The position numbers and the translations under genes are program-made. Of a DNA stretch of 64,000 nucleotides, positions 26,901 through 40,631 are shown piece after piece; position 1 is the first letter of the stretch; each line of letters opens with the position of its first letter. Source of the stretch: Hydrolagus affinis (taxonomy: Eukaryota); assembly GCA_012026655.1 (NCBI GenBank), contig JAAILG010000197.1, forward strand, positions 62,001 to 126,000, in the 5' to 3' direction. The notes below the pieces were generated by a model. The model made no database searches, was not told where the DNA came from, and worked only from the letters and a program-made list of their open reading frames with translations.

Positions 26901-29900
26901 ATATGATGTTGTAAGCTCTCTGCCACCACCAATTAGCGATGCGGCAATCTTCAGCCAAGTGAACCAGGGAGTCAAATTCATAAAAATTGAACTCATTACA
27001 GAGGAACCTCAGAAAATGTTTAACCTCTTACATTCTGCAGGAATTTGTGACTGAATAAAGAATCTTGTGTTCATATTGCAATACAATTTTAACAAGCGCA
27101 TAAAATGCAATCGTTTTTCTGAAAGATATCTGGCAATAAAGCATACAAGCGATCAGTTTAACAGCTAGAACTTTAGTGGTAGCAAGGTGAGAGTAAAGAT
27201 TTTCATGTTTCTTCCACATTGCTCACTAATAATTCCCCTGAAATTTGTTCCCAGGAGTTGGTGTCTCCAAAATTCAGTCATTAACTCCTAATCATTGGGG
27301 CATGAGTTCAGTTCTTATTTACCATACACACTCTGCAAGTAGCAGTATAATAGTTAAGGGATTGAATCCTGCTAGCTTAGTTTATTGAGAAGCAGCAAAC
27401 TGAAAACTAAATTGCCTGAAAAAAATCTTGCACGGTTATTTTCATAAAACCCATTTTGTTCCTTCATTACCCCGTAGCACTAATTGAGATTTAATTTCGA
27501 GTTACAACACATATATATGCTTCATTGCACCTTGGTCCTGTCTGTTCTACATCCCTATTGACTTTAAGTCTGTCTCTGTCTATTTGAGTTCCACAGGGGT
27601 TACAGCTCACTGAGCACAATGCATAAATGCAAATATCCTGTGGTAGACCTCTTTGTGTTTGCTAAGTGGAATCTTCTTTTATTCTGGATGGGTTAGCTGT
27701 GATTTTTAAAGTATACGTGTTGCATATTGAATCTTAAGGCTTTGGGGTTGAAAAAGCAGTAGATCTCAAAGGAATTCACAAATAGCGACACAGAATGAGT
27801 AAAAAGAAATCCTGCTGGTAACTGCTGGTATTTCAGAAACCAACTCGCAAGAATTTTGCTGAGATCCTGCAGTCAACCGTGACTTACTGCTACTGTCTGT
27901 TACTATCAAGACTGCCCATTGCCGACTGAGGCATTTAATATTGAATCTTGTTGAGACAGTCTACCTTTTGTTCCAAATATTTTACAATTAGCTGATAATA
28001 CATCTGAAAAAAAACACAACTTTCAGTTCTGATTCACAATTTTAAAAGTCTGATTTACTTAACTATTGTGTTGTTAACTTGATCAATTAAGAAGATCACA
28101 GAACTTTTTTTAGGATGAGGTACTAATAAGAATAATAATCATCCTTACATTTGGTTTTGCATCTTCCCCTTCAGTAGGATGCCCCAAAGTGAATCACAGG
28201 GTGTATTCTAAACTGCACTACTGTGCAGTGTGACTCTGTGTACTTTGATTTTGGTCAGCCATATATGTGACACATATAGAAACCTATCACCATGCTTAAG
28301 GTTATCAAAACCAGACCATTCAACATATGTATGCCATCTATCCATATAAATTTTCCCATGTCTGGAATGTGCATAGTATTCCCGAAGGGACATATCCTGT
28401 TTACCTAGTTCCAGGCAAGGCTTGGGCACTCCAATACAAATTGGGGGGTGGGGTACTGCTGGAGTTCAGCTAGCTAAAACAACAAAAACTTACCATACAA
28501 AGAACATAGAAAAACGATCATTATTTTAAGCTGTTTCTGTACTAATGGTGCATTGTGATATCCCTTCAGGTAATACATTGATTCAGAGTATTGCACATCT
28601 GGGAGGATCAACAACAACAAAATTACATTTATAGAGTGCCTTTCACATTGGGAGGACGTACCAAAGCATATACTAAACTGTGGAGTGGATTGGTAATTTC
28701 TGACAGGAGTTCTGAACTCAAGAACTCAAGACAATCTCCTACTATAGTTAATGAACAAAAGTAATTGAAAATATTGAAATGTATTAGACCTGCATTGTAG
28801 ATATCTTGTGAGCACCATTTATCTTGAACTGCTTCCCAATTCAATCATGCTTACAAATCTTCTTCCCCCCACCCAAAAAAATTTGCACGTTTGAAAATAT
28901 AAATTGATGCCCCATCTGTCTGTTGGATGTTTAAATATGCTATGACATTACTTGAAAAAGAAGGGAATATTCACAGATATCAATTCACAGTTGGGTTGAC
29001 TTGAAATTTTGCAAAACCGCTTTGAAACTGACAGGGGCCTCTTTGCATACAAAAAGAGAATACTGCAGACTTGTGAAAGAGATAATGTAAATGATCTACA
29101 AAAATATCAGTTTTCTATTAGTTAAAATCTCTGCATTAGCTAAAGCCAAATTGCTTTTTCAGCTCTAATCTATCTAAATTACATTTTTGTTCCACTTTTT
29201 TTTGGCATTCACACTGTAATGACATTTCCAGCTAATAGAGAGTTTGAAAGCCTTGGTGCAGATATTTCACTGCCTCACCACAAGAGTTTTTCTTTTAACT
29301 ATCTGACCTACTCATTTTGAACCTAGTACTGCATTTTAATACCTGAGAAACTCTGAGTTAATGACAAGGCTACAGTCAAACATGAACCCCCCCACCAATA
29401 ATAATGGTAATTGCTAACGATGGAAAAACTACTTTTGTTTACCTAGTAAAGTTACTACAATAGCTATGAATCACTTTGAGATATTTTGATGTTAGAGGCA
29501 CCATATCAAATTTAATTAATGTCGCCACACCATTGCACCATCTTTCCAGAACTCGGAGGGCGCAGTGGAGATTCTCCTGCATTGAGGGAGATTTAGATAT
29601 TGCTGAGGAAGCACTGGATGAGGCAGTGAACAATTGCAATGAAATGAAAGTGGTATAATGATGTTGGAGGCGGGATAAGAACAAGCTTAATGATACAAGA
29701 TGAAGGTCCAACAGGCTGTCTGGCCCAATTGAGTTCCGCAGTGATAGAGGTCATATTAGCTCAGTTGGTATCACTCCTGTGCCCGAGTCAAAAGGATGTG
29801 AGCTCAATCCCTAATTAGGTACTTAACATGTTGTCTAGGTTCACAATCCAGTGAAAGCAGGGATAGCGTTACATTATTCCAAATAGCATCAAACCAATAT

Positions 29901-30639
29901 ATAGGATATAATGTAAAGAGGAGTTTGTTTTTGTGGGCACACGTATCTATATCTATCCCTGAAATATAGGAAAGTGCAATATCTATATAATAATAATTAC
30001 AGTATATAGATAGACATTGCATTCCTGCAACTTGCTATAATGTGAAATGGTTAGAGATTCAAAGCTACAAAAGCATACATTCCAACTTTAATATAATATT
30101 CTGAAATAGTTGTTCCACTATTATATGATAGTGCTGGGCTTGTCATCCAAAAGATCAGTATTGATGAATTTAAAATCCTTTCAATGTGTGATAAAAATAA
30201 AAGAATAAGCAATATCATTAACTTGGACAGGTCTATTTACTGAAGGCTCCAATTGCAACCATGTTTATGCATGGTAGCACACAACACGCTGACAATGGAA
30301 CAATGATATTTAAAATGCTTGCAATTTCTTTTTTAAAAAAATTCCTTTCGCTTGATGGAGTCTATTGCGTCAAAACTGAGCAATATCAAATTCAAGTGGC
30401 CGCTCTGGATTGTGATAGTAACAGAATGAGCAGGATCAGCAAATTGTCTTTGTGATATCAGAGCTATTCCCAAATTGTTCAAAGTTCATCATATATCCCT
30501 GGTTAGGTGTGTTGCAAGGCTGAAACAGAACAAGAGTCAATTCTACTTACATTTGTCACTGAAGTTTGAATTTGTAAAATAAATTTGCTTTGGTCAGCCT
30601 GGGAACTAACATATATGGAAATCATCATGCTAAGTGTTT

Positions 30640-30817
30640 CCCCTCAACCCTTTTGCCTCCTGCCCTCTTCTCCCATCTTCAGATTGCGCCTTTCTCATTG
30701 ACCGTGCTTATGGTCACCTTACCCCTCCCACTGGCTCGGTCTAGGACTCTACCATTGTGAAGCGTTCTGAGACGCTGCCCGGCATGGAGGACGCTAAGTA
30801 AATGCAAGTTGTTGTTA
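30640..30817 (+). mobile_element. L2 3' UTR and tail (type B)
   Basis: CTGGCTCGG...GAGACGCTGCCCGGCATGGAGG...AAATGCAAGTTGTTGTT matches 42890-42978. Confidence 0.7.
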
Positions 30818-30884
30818 TCCAAACTATACTGGGAATGTATGCCACTTTACACGTGGAAATTTCCCTATGTGGAAATTTGGGAAT

Positions 30885-31636
30885 AGCTCCTGTAGCTCAG
30901 TGGTTAGAGCACTTGCCTTACAAGCATGAGACCTGTGTTCAAATCCAGGCAGATCAGGGTGAAACCTTGGGCAAGTTTCCTTGCCTTATAATAATCCCTC
31001 CACAAAAACCACAGTAATAAAATTGGTACCGTAAAGTTCCGCGTATATGGCGCACTCACGTATAAGGCGCACCCCCCACTTTTGACCATTTCTTGGCGAA
31101 AAAAAATGGAAGCATTTTCGATGAGGCAGGAGAGACAGGCAGGGAGGGAGAGAGACCAGGCAGGAGAAACAGGCAGGAGAGGGAGGGAGGCAGGTAGGCA
31201 AGCAGGCAGGCAGGCAGGCAGGGAGGGAGGGAGGGAAGGAGGCAGACTGGGTTTGGCAGAAGGCAGGCAGCTGAAGTCCGCTGCTGCTGCCGCTGCCCGG
31301 GTGGCCGAGGCCGAAGCCCTATCACCCGCTCCCCTCAACCGCCGCTGGACAGCGCGCCGGCCGGCCCTTCCTGGTTATTTCTGATGCTCAAAATTTCTTG
31401 TATCTGCGTATAGGGCACACCCCCAACTTTCGAGATCTTCCAACGTGAAAAAAAGTGCGCCGTATACGTGGAACTTTACGGTAATTTCAATTCCATGACT
31501 GTTTGTGGGACACTGCTGTATGCAATTGGCTGCTGCGTTTCGCCCACAAATTCACTTTATAGTATATTCTGTGAAGCGCTTTGAGACGTCGATAAGATGT
31601 GAAAAGTGTTATATCAAAATGCAAGGATTATTATTA
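30885..31636 (+). mobile_element. Full-length young SINE interrupted by a MITE
   Basis: Head 30885-31028 (GTAGCTCAGTGGTTAGAGCAC) and tail 31482-31636 join to give the consensus seen at 33403-33704. Confidence 0.85.
31029..31481. mobile_element. Tc2/pogo-type MITE
   Basis: 27-bp TIRs CCGTAAAGTTCCRCGTATAYGGCGCAC with 2 mismatches; TA on both sides; internal GTATARGGCRCAC repeats and (GGCA)n/(GGGA)n tracts. Confidence 0.9.
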
Positions 31637-33402
31637 TGCCTGGAATGGAAAGTGCACTCTTTCTCAGGAGTGACACAGAGTATTTTCCATGCTGTCTAAG
31701 ATCAGGATGGTTGGAGATAGAGCTTTGTTGTCCCATTCCTCACACAAACCAGTTACAAATCCAGCAGCAGCAATTGCTAGCCACCACACTATCGATCAGT
31801 TTTATTATATCACAACAACAATCTGACAGGATTAGTACTGCCTGCCAAAAACATTGGAATATACCACACATCCTCAGGCTACTAGGAGGCTTTCATTAGC
31901 TCCTTATTTTTTTTTAAAAAAATTAGCTTTCAATGACACTACCCCACACTATCACGGTGCTACATAAATGGTTATTTTTGTTAATTATCAAAAAATTAGG
32001 GGTGGGGGAATAATTTTGGCAATTAAGAGCACTGAAAAATTAAAGCTTCCATTCAATACATTGCTGCTGAAGGCTGTTAGATTTTGCAAACCAGCCTCAG
32101 CCAGACAGTGTACCACCACAACCCACCCAGAACTCTTGTAGGAGAAAAAGGAATTCTGCAAGGGTTCTACCTCACATCACCTTTGAGATACGTTTCCCTT
32201 TTGGTTGACAGGGATTTTATTCAACTGCCCGAGGTGCAGTTGGCTGTCATTTATTACTGAAGGGAATGGGACCTTGATCATCAGCTGATACATCTTGGTT
32301 ATGTCCTATCTGTGCGAAAGGGAATGACAGCATCTTAATAACTTACTGACAACTCAGTTGGCAGCAAACATTGAGCACTAAAGGAGGCAGTGTGCTGTTA
32401 ATTTACCAGTGCCAACAGGAATTGTAAGGGGCTGGCAAAAGGATCAATCTGCCCTAGGATTATATTGCTCCAAAAGAGATCCTCATTATCTCAAATTGAT
32501 TGAAATAAAATAAAAATTACGGGCAAATTTTAACTTTTCATTTCAGTCCTTTTTTTTAAACAATTGTGCTTTTTATTGCCTGGGTCATCACTGGGAGAGT
32601 GACCTGAAAGAGGTACTGAGCTGCTTGTTTGGATGCTGAATTACCATTAGTAAGAGATACCACCAATATCTAAGGGAAAATTCAGGATCAGTTATGTACT
32701 GCACATTAATTCAGCTCCTTCCAAATGTTTGGCTCAGTAACATTCCAAGAGAGTGCCACTGAAAATGACAATGAGTGCACACTGCTTCAGCATCAATATT
32801 CAGGAATGAAGCCTTGGCTACAATGAATAAAGAGCAAAAGGATATTATTGCTGATCACAAATTATTAAATTGCCAGATTTGGGGTACAAGTCTAGATAAT
32901 AATAAATCTTGCATTTGCTACAGTGCCTTGTCAAGTCTTTGAGATGTCTCAAATCGCTTCACTGAATGTGCTGTACTGTAAAGTGAATTAACTGTGAATT
33001 TCTGGGGGATACTTGGCAGCCAATTGATGGTCAATTACCTGCTTCAATGGCAAACAGGTGTGGCAGGGTGGGATTTTGCCAGACGTGAGGAAAGAATAGG
33101 ATGAATTTTCCCCACAGAAAATATTTCAACCCTTAGTTTGCTGGCAGGTATCCTGGAAACTCCCATCTCTGTTGACTGACTGTAGGATTTAAACTCATAG
33201 ATTGTGATGCTGAACAAACACCATTACTGCATGCTAAGATTGTTCAAGGTGCGGGGGTGGTGGCAGAGGAAATGCAGTGGAGGTATTCCAGGAACTGCTC
33301 GATCATGATTGATGCCTAGATTGGATCTAACTCATTTCCCCATTCTCTCCCCTCACTCCTCACAACAGTGACTTACTCCTTTCCATCAGATGCTGAATTT
33401 AT

Positions 33403-33704
33403 AATAATAATAATCCTTTCATTTGATATAGCACTTTTCACATTTTCTAGATGTCTCAAAGCACTTCACATAATATACTGTAGAGTCAATTGACTGTATT
33501 TGTGGGAGAAATGCGGCAGCCAATTGTGCACAGCAGTGTGCCACGAACAGTCGTGGATTGAAATGAGCAGTTTATTGTTTTTTTGAGGGATTATTGTCAG
33601 GCATGTGGAGTAAGGAAACTTGCTCAAGCTTTCTCCCTGCCTGGATTTGAACCTAGGTTTCTCGCTTGCAAGGTGGGTGCTCTAACCACTGAGCTACAGG
33701 ACTC
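33403..33704 (-). mobile_element. Full-length young tRNA-headed SINE (~300 bp)
   Basis: Head with A/B boxes at the right end, body, and an (ATT)n tail at the left end. Confidence 0.9.
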
Positions 33705-33829
33705 ACACATTTGAGCTTTAATGGAAGCATTAATAACTCTAATGGGTGGGGAGGGGAGGAGGATGACACAAATTGATGAATTTGCCAGGTCATCTACATT
33801 TTTCTCACCACCTACAACACAATCTAGAT

Positions 33830-34322
33830 TTTGCTGCATGCAATTTGGCTGCCAGGATATCCACAAGGTATGCCACCACTTCACCATACAATATATCCTT
33901 GTGAAGTGCTTTGAGACGTCTTCCCAACTTGAAAGGCATCATATCATATGTAAGGATCATTAATATTAATCACAGGACCTTCTGTGCTTCCACCTCCTCC
34001 ATTTACTCTATCACCACTCACAATTGTTGCTCTCCAGGCATTTTCTCCTGGAAATAGCAGTTGAAGCAAAACCAGTTACTCTATGTCACACCACTGACCA
34101 CAGCTCTAACCACCTCCTCCCTCCCATATTCATGCACGACAGCTATTACTTATTATATACCTGCCCCAATCCCTTGTACGGTTACCCATTTCTTACATTC
34201 CAGTCTATTTCACCCACAAAATATACAAGTCAATTTACTTTACACTATATTCTGTGAAGCGCTTTGAGAAGTCTCAAAAGATGTGATAAGGCGCGATACC
34301 AAATGCAAGGATTATTATTAGT
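33830..34322 (+). mobile_element. Two SINE tail fragments (33830-33965, 34205-34322)
   Basis: GTGAAG(T/C)GCTTTGAGA...AAGGAT tail motif in both. Confidence 0.75.
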
Positions 34323-37300
34323 GGTATTTATTAGTGAAGTCAAACTCTGATTTCTCAACCCCATTGCTGAAAGATAATCCTAATGTAACTATCACTCATT
34401 ACTTCAACCATCATTCTATTCGTCAGTCAGCAAGCTCCATAGTGTGGTTAAAAACACCTCTGCACACACGGTCTTAATGACTAATGCTTTCATACCATTC
34501 TGTGATACAGAGGCCCCTGAAACATCAATAGAACAGATTTACACACACAGCAAGAGGAAAGGTCCCATTTTAATTAAATTTTGGATTGACTTTATACAGC
34601 TGAATGTTAACAGATTTGCGACTCAATAAAATCAGAGTTGAGGCAAATGCAGCTGCAGCTCTCACAAGACAAGACAATGGGATGTTAATGAGTTTTGTTT
34701 GTGTCACACTCCACCAAATTCTCCAACACCCACCCCCCAAAAACAAGGAAAAATGTATGCAGCCAATTTATACTTCTGGGTGAAATTACGTTCTTAATGC
34801 TTTATTATGATTTAAATCTCATGAGATGCAAATTGCTTGTAAACTAGATTTAATTTGTGTGCCTGTCAGCACTAGATTGGCTGCTTACTAACACTATAAG
34901 CCTTTGACAATACAATAAATAACTTGGTTGGCTAAAAGAATACTTGGTGCAGCAATGTTTCCTGACATATACTCTATATTTTATCCCTTACTTAGAATGG
35001 GAAAAATCAATTACCTCACATTACTTGTCTAGTTAAATGAAAGGTAATAATTCCTTTTTTGTGATGAAGCCAACGAATATTAGGCTCATAAAATATTTAA
35101 GCATTGAATGTTTGGGGAATTAGATGTATACCACACAATGTGTTTCTTCTCAGCAGTAGAGCTGCTTCAGTCAGACCCATTTCCTATCCATCTTATGATT
35201 TCTGAATTCAAAGACGGACATAAAAATTCCTCTCATTGCGTGTCAGCTTGGATTAAATTGAACATGGATTCTCAAGAAAGGTACCGCAACATTTTTCCTA
35301 ACGTATGTGAGGATATTGTAAATTCATTAGGTGCTATAATGAATTCTGAATTAGCTATCACGAGATGCATCTGCTGTGAAATGTAGTAAGAAGCCCATGC
35401 ACTTAGCATTGTTTTGGCAAAGCTGAAATGAACTGAGCCTTGATTTGAAACAAAACTGTGGAGGGTTTTTTGTTTATAAAGTGCAGGATATATAATAAAT
35501 CATTCATATTGTATGCGATGGATTGTAGTAAAATTCCAGATATTTAATTTCTCTCTGAAAATACACATTTAGATGTATTTGTATTGCATTTTATCTGAAT
35601 GCATTGAATAAAATCTGTGTGATTTGAGAAATGTATTCTTCTCAAATACAAAAGAATCCATCCAATTTATGCTGTCTATTGTTTTTAGAGTGTTGTACAA
35701 TACCTGAATTGGCAGATTATTTGACAAAAGCAGAATTAATGCATGATGGTTTAGAAGCCGACATTAATAAGGTAACAATGCTGTAATAAATACTTGTGTA
35801 GTGCAAGTGCAGACAACCTGACTGTCGGCTTCAACTGCATCTCATAAGGTCTGCAAATAATTTTAAATCATTTGACAATCACATTCTACCACAAATCACA
35901 TACTCCATTGTTTATTCTAAACCATTCCAAATGCAGGTTAAATGATTGGGGACAATTTTTGAAACAGTGGCAGTAATAAACTAGTAATATTCTATATAGT
36001 ATTGCAAATAATGAGATATTCTATCATGCAAAAGCCTTTTTTTTAACTTATATTCTCTATTTTAAAATGAAATTATTGTTGACAAATATCAAAATAGCTC
36101 TATAATGTTTTAAACTTATATATTTTACAGTTTCCTTGCAAACAAGTTTTCCAATTGATCCATATTACACAGTTAATAATAAGTAGGCAGCAACATTATA
36201 ATAGTTTTAATTTTGCTTTGTATAAAGGAAGGAATATTGTACTTGAAGACACGTGTGTATCCCCTTTTTTACTGTTGGGTAATACGAATAATAATTTGAT
36301 CATCCTAAATTTACTGTGAAAGTATTTCAACATCGTTTAAGACTTAGTAGAAAATGCTAACATTGAGAAACCAAATATCAAGGCTATTTGTTTGAAATGA
36401 CACCTCATCACATGGGATCGCAAATGCATTGTGAAGGATTGTTTCAAATGGAAAACTGAATGAAGAAGCATAAATTAAATAAGTAAGAAGCTGAGAAAAC
36501 CTTGGGCAGTGCAGTGATTTTCTTTTCCCCATGCACACTGAGATTTGGAAAGGAGAGCTTCCATCCATCAATGAATGTAGTATAGCTGAACAATTCAGTC
36601 ATATTTCACCTGAGCTGTAATATCTGTGAGAAGGAAAATTGGTGGCATTTCTGTTGGCAGCATAAACTCAGGCCTGAAATTTTCATGGTCTTATCCTTAC
36701 CCCATTGTTTTAAAATGTACAATTGTTCAAAAGTTAGAAAAATTCTTAAATTCAGTTATAATTTGGAAAATGGTTTGCTACACAACCTTAAATTTGAAGA
36801 CAACAGCCTTCAGACCAATACTGTAAAATATTTGGGCATCCACTGCGTAACAATGGGTGTTTTTAAAGACTTGACAAAGGGTTTTGTATGTAATTTATGT
36901 GAAATGGCTTTTTTTACAATGGCATTTTGAAAGGTACTAAGGGAACTCAGTATTCAAAGATGGATTATCCTCACTGCTCTCCTCTACACTGCCTCTAGGG
37001 TTTGGGCAGCCCTTTTATGTTGTAACGAAGAAAACTGTATGTGGTACTCTCGGATTATAGCCTGACCAGAGCACGATAACAGTTGAATATACCAACATTC
37101 AATTTATCTCATGTATTTCCGATTCACACTGTTTTGACATAGTGAGCAATAAGTCAGCTAACACCCCCTAGATTCCTTTCAACTTCCTCCTTGGCAAGTT
37201 GTATTCATTCCATGGAGTTTTCTTTTATTTTGTGATGCTGTAGTTTGGTCAGCTTTGGGGCTGACACATACCCATACCCATCACAATATCAAACTGAAAG

Positions 37301-38035
37301 TTTGAGGAGCAACCAATTGAGAGCATTTAGTGCTAAACTGCTAATGACAATACCAAATGTAAATAACATTACATTTTACGTTTATTTCAGGAATGTTAAC
37401 CTTTTCATGTAAAATTCCCAGAGGTAAAGGCCTGGACAATTCCAGCAGTTGACTGGTTATATATTGGAGTTTTATATGCCACAAGAGTCCTGTATATGAT
37501 TTACTTGTCAAGAATACAAATCACCCCATTTTGGTAATTTTAGTACTTACATGATTAATTACAGTGTTAAAAAAAAGCTGTTGAAACGATCCAGTACATG
37601 TGCGACATTATGTTGTACTCAACATACTTTAACATTGCATTGTCAAACCAGCAACAAACCAACACCATCAATTATATTGGCAGATAGGTTCCAGTACATG
37701 TCATAAATTCATTGCAGTAAGCCACAGGTACCATATACGTCATTGGGAAATAGATCAATGAGTGTGATAAATGTGCAGTAATATGTTCTAGCTATTTTAC
37801 AGAATACCATAGTTGGGTTGATCTATGCTGTGTTATTCTCTGATGTGGCACAATATAAAACATTCTGAACCTGGAGGAAAAGTCATTGTGTCCTGAAACA
37901 TACAATAGATTTAGTTTTTCTTCTTTGAAACACAAGTATAAGTAAGATTGTTAAAGCCATAGAGGTTAGTTATAAATGTAATTTTGTTGTTGTTGTTGTT
38001 AGTTGAAGAGGATGTTGCTTTTGGTACTTCATGTA

Positions 38036-38666
38036 CAGTAGAACCTCGGTAACGCGACCACGACCAGGTGGTTGCATTGGCGGGGTGGTCGCGTTAGTGA
38101 GGTGTCGATTCTGCTGGATGAAAGATTAAACTATTGGCTACCGTCCATGCAGAGTCAGAGAGGCCGGGGAGGGGGGGTACTCGAGGCCGGGGAGGGGGGT
38201 TATTCGAGGCTGAGGTGGGGGAGAAAAAATACTAATAGCAACAGGAATAGGCCATTCTGCCATTTAACTAAATCATGGCCAATCTTAACCTCAGCTAATC
38301 CTTTCAATTCCAATTACTCGAGGGAGGATACTCAAGGCCGGGGAGTGGGGATACTCGAGGCCGGGGGGGAGGGGGCCGGACGCTCCGTTACCTGCAGCTT
38401 CTCTTTTTTTACTGTCTGACAAAGCGGCCGCTCACGTGACTTCTTCAAATCCGCGCCGCCATCTTGTCTCAGTGACGTCACGCCGCAGCCTGATTGGCCA
38501 GAGTGGTCGTGTTAAGACCATGAAAATGTTGTTTGGGAACCGCCAAATCAGTGGTCGAGGTTTATTTAACTGGAAATAAGTTAGGAAATATTCGGGACCG
38601 ACTCTGACTGGTCGCCTAGGGTGGGTGGTCGCGCCACTGAGGTGGTCGCCAACCGAGGTTCTACTG
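38036..38666. mobile_element. Tigger-type MITE (631 bp)
   Basis: TIR CAGTAGAACCTCGGT (15 bp perfect, extending to GCGACCAC); TA on both sides; subterminal GTGGTCGC repeats. Confidence 0.9.
38432..38499 (-). promoter_or_regulatory. E-box, YY1, CRE and CCAAT motif cluster inside the MITE
   Basis: TCACGTGAC 38432-40, GCCGCCATCTTG 38455-66, GTGACGTCAC 38472-81, CTGATTGGCC 38490-99. Confidence 0.55.
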
Positions 38667-40631
38667 TACTTACTTTCGTCCTTTTGTAAGGATTGGTAAT
38701 AAGAGAAATAAGTTGTGCTTTCTTTCTCCTGGCAGTAGTTTAATCAGGTGACACTGTATAATGCAATGAAGGAAGCACTCAACGCTTCGCTGAGAACAAG
38801 CTGAGATTCTCATTTGTGAGGAAGATGATTCATGGAGGCAGGTGGAGAAGTCATATGCGGCTTGTTTTTTAAAACCTGTCTGATATGACTATTGATTATA
38901 TTCTAATGCTTTATTGTAAGTCATTGATTCAGTGTGGTTCCCTTGGTTCTCCACTGGCAAACGCTTGAGAAATGCTTTTGTGTTTTAATAGCTGCCCATA
39001 GAAGATCCCAACACTTTGTTTTGTTCACAGTTTAAAAGATTCCTTTACAATATGTTCTGCTAACACATTGTGCACTTTGTAAAACGATAAATATTTAATT
39101 TCCACCCATGATATTCTCACAGAACATCTAGGTTGTGTATGTGAAACCATTAGAGCTTCAATAATCTTACTTATACTTTGTACAGTATTAAGGATGAAAG
39201 TCCAAACTCCAAAATGATAACATAGGAAGTCCCAGCGCCTTGGGATGTCCTCCCGACGTGAAAGGCACTCTATAAATGTAATTTTGTTGTTGTTGTTGTT
39301 CACGTGGGTGGCATTTGTAGTGTTTAACTATTGCATAGCTTGACACCGAACCGAGTCTTCTGTGACCAAGAATTTGCTTTCAATTCCAATTCAATATCAT
39401 CTCTATTCTACACTTGGTATTACGGATAAGAGATATTCTAACATGGCAAGGGACTAACATTTTTTTTGTAAATTAATGATGCTGACTAAAGCAGCTTATA
39501 TTTTGCCGTGAAGTAGAGTTACTGTGCGTTTTGTGGGTGAACATGGTTGCTAATTTTCACAGAAATGTAACACAAACAGCTGTGAAGTTAATGACCAATT
39601 TGTATCTGGGATATTCCTGGCTAGAATACTGGGAAAAACTCTCTTTCTGAATTGAAAATATAATTTTATTATCGTTGTTCAGACTCAGGGGCGAAAGTGC
39701 GAATGACAGAGCCAGGCTGACACACACGGAGAATTACTTCTTATTTTTTGTTTTCCTACACCCTCTTTATAGTCTCACTTTCTGTCTGTGAAAGCTCCTT
39801 GGACTCCAGCAATTTTATCCTATGACTGGATGCCACTAATTAAGAACACTTCCCATTCTAGCTGGTGCCAAACACCCTTGTGGTTTCCTGAAGAGAAGAA
39901 CCTGATTTCTTCTCCCCAACTCACTGTATGAGAATTTGTACACACCTCTCACAAGGTCACAAGAAAGGTTTGGAAGAAGAGATTCTCTGACTCTATTTAA
40001 TCTCATTTTGCCCTAAGAGAGTTATGTCTCCAGTGAATTATTTAAAATTAGAATACCAATTTAATGAATATATAAATTTGATGAATATATAAATTTTATA
40101 TATATTTTTCTTTAATTCAAAAAGGGACAGAATTTTACTCCTGGGCCAATAGGTCTAATTTGAGGTGATTTTTTAACAGGATTTCTCAGTAAGTACATCA
40201 CATTGACCAGTGAGAACTCTGCTCCAAAGCAATCCACTTCCAGAGTGTCACTCCCACAAACCAACAGGAATCCAAACATCAAGAAATAACGCAGATGAGG
40301 CCCCACAGTCATTTAAAAAATATATAAATTTGAAATAAATTGCTTTATTATTAGAAATTACCTGTAAATTATATTATAGATGGTTTGGAGGCTTTGGAGA
40401 AGAAACGATCAAGGTCCTGTGTGAACAAAACAATTGATTTATTGAAACAGATGTAACAAAATAGTTAACTGTGTGTCCAGGGCACACACTGTATTGGACA
40501 CCAACTGCTTACCTGCTCTTCTTAGAAGCAGCGTACCAGCTACTACTGATAATGGAAACCCGCTGAAAAAGGCATTAGGTTTGTAACCCTTTTCACTTGC
40601 TTTATGGATTTATAATACTTTCAAGAAAGAT

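Noticed and set aside
30885-30955. tRNA-Val(TAC)-like sequence
   Set aside because: No proper acceptor stem and it continues into a SINE body, so it is a SINE head rather than a tRNA gene
30904-31384. ORFs of 71-144 aa
   Set aside because: Low-complexity translations of microsatellites within the MITE
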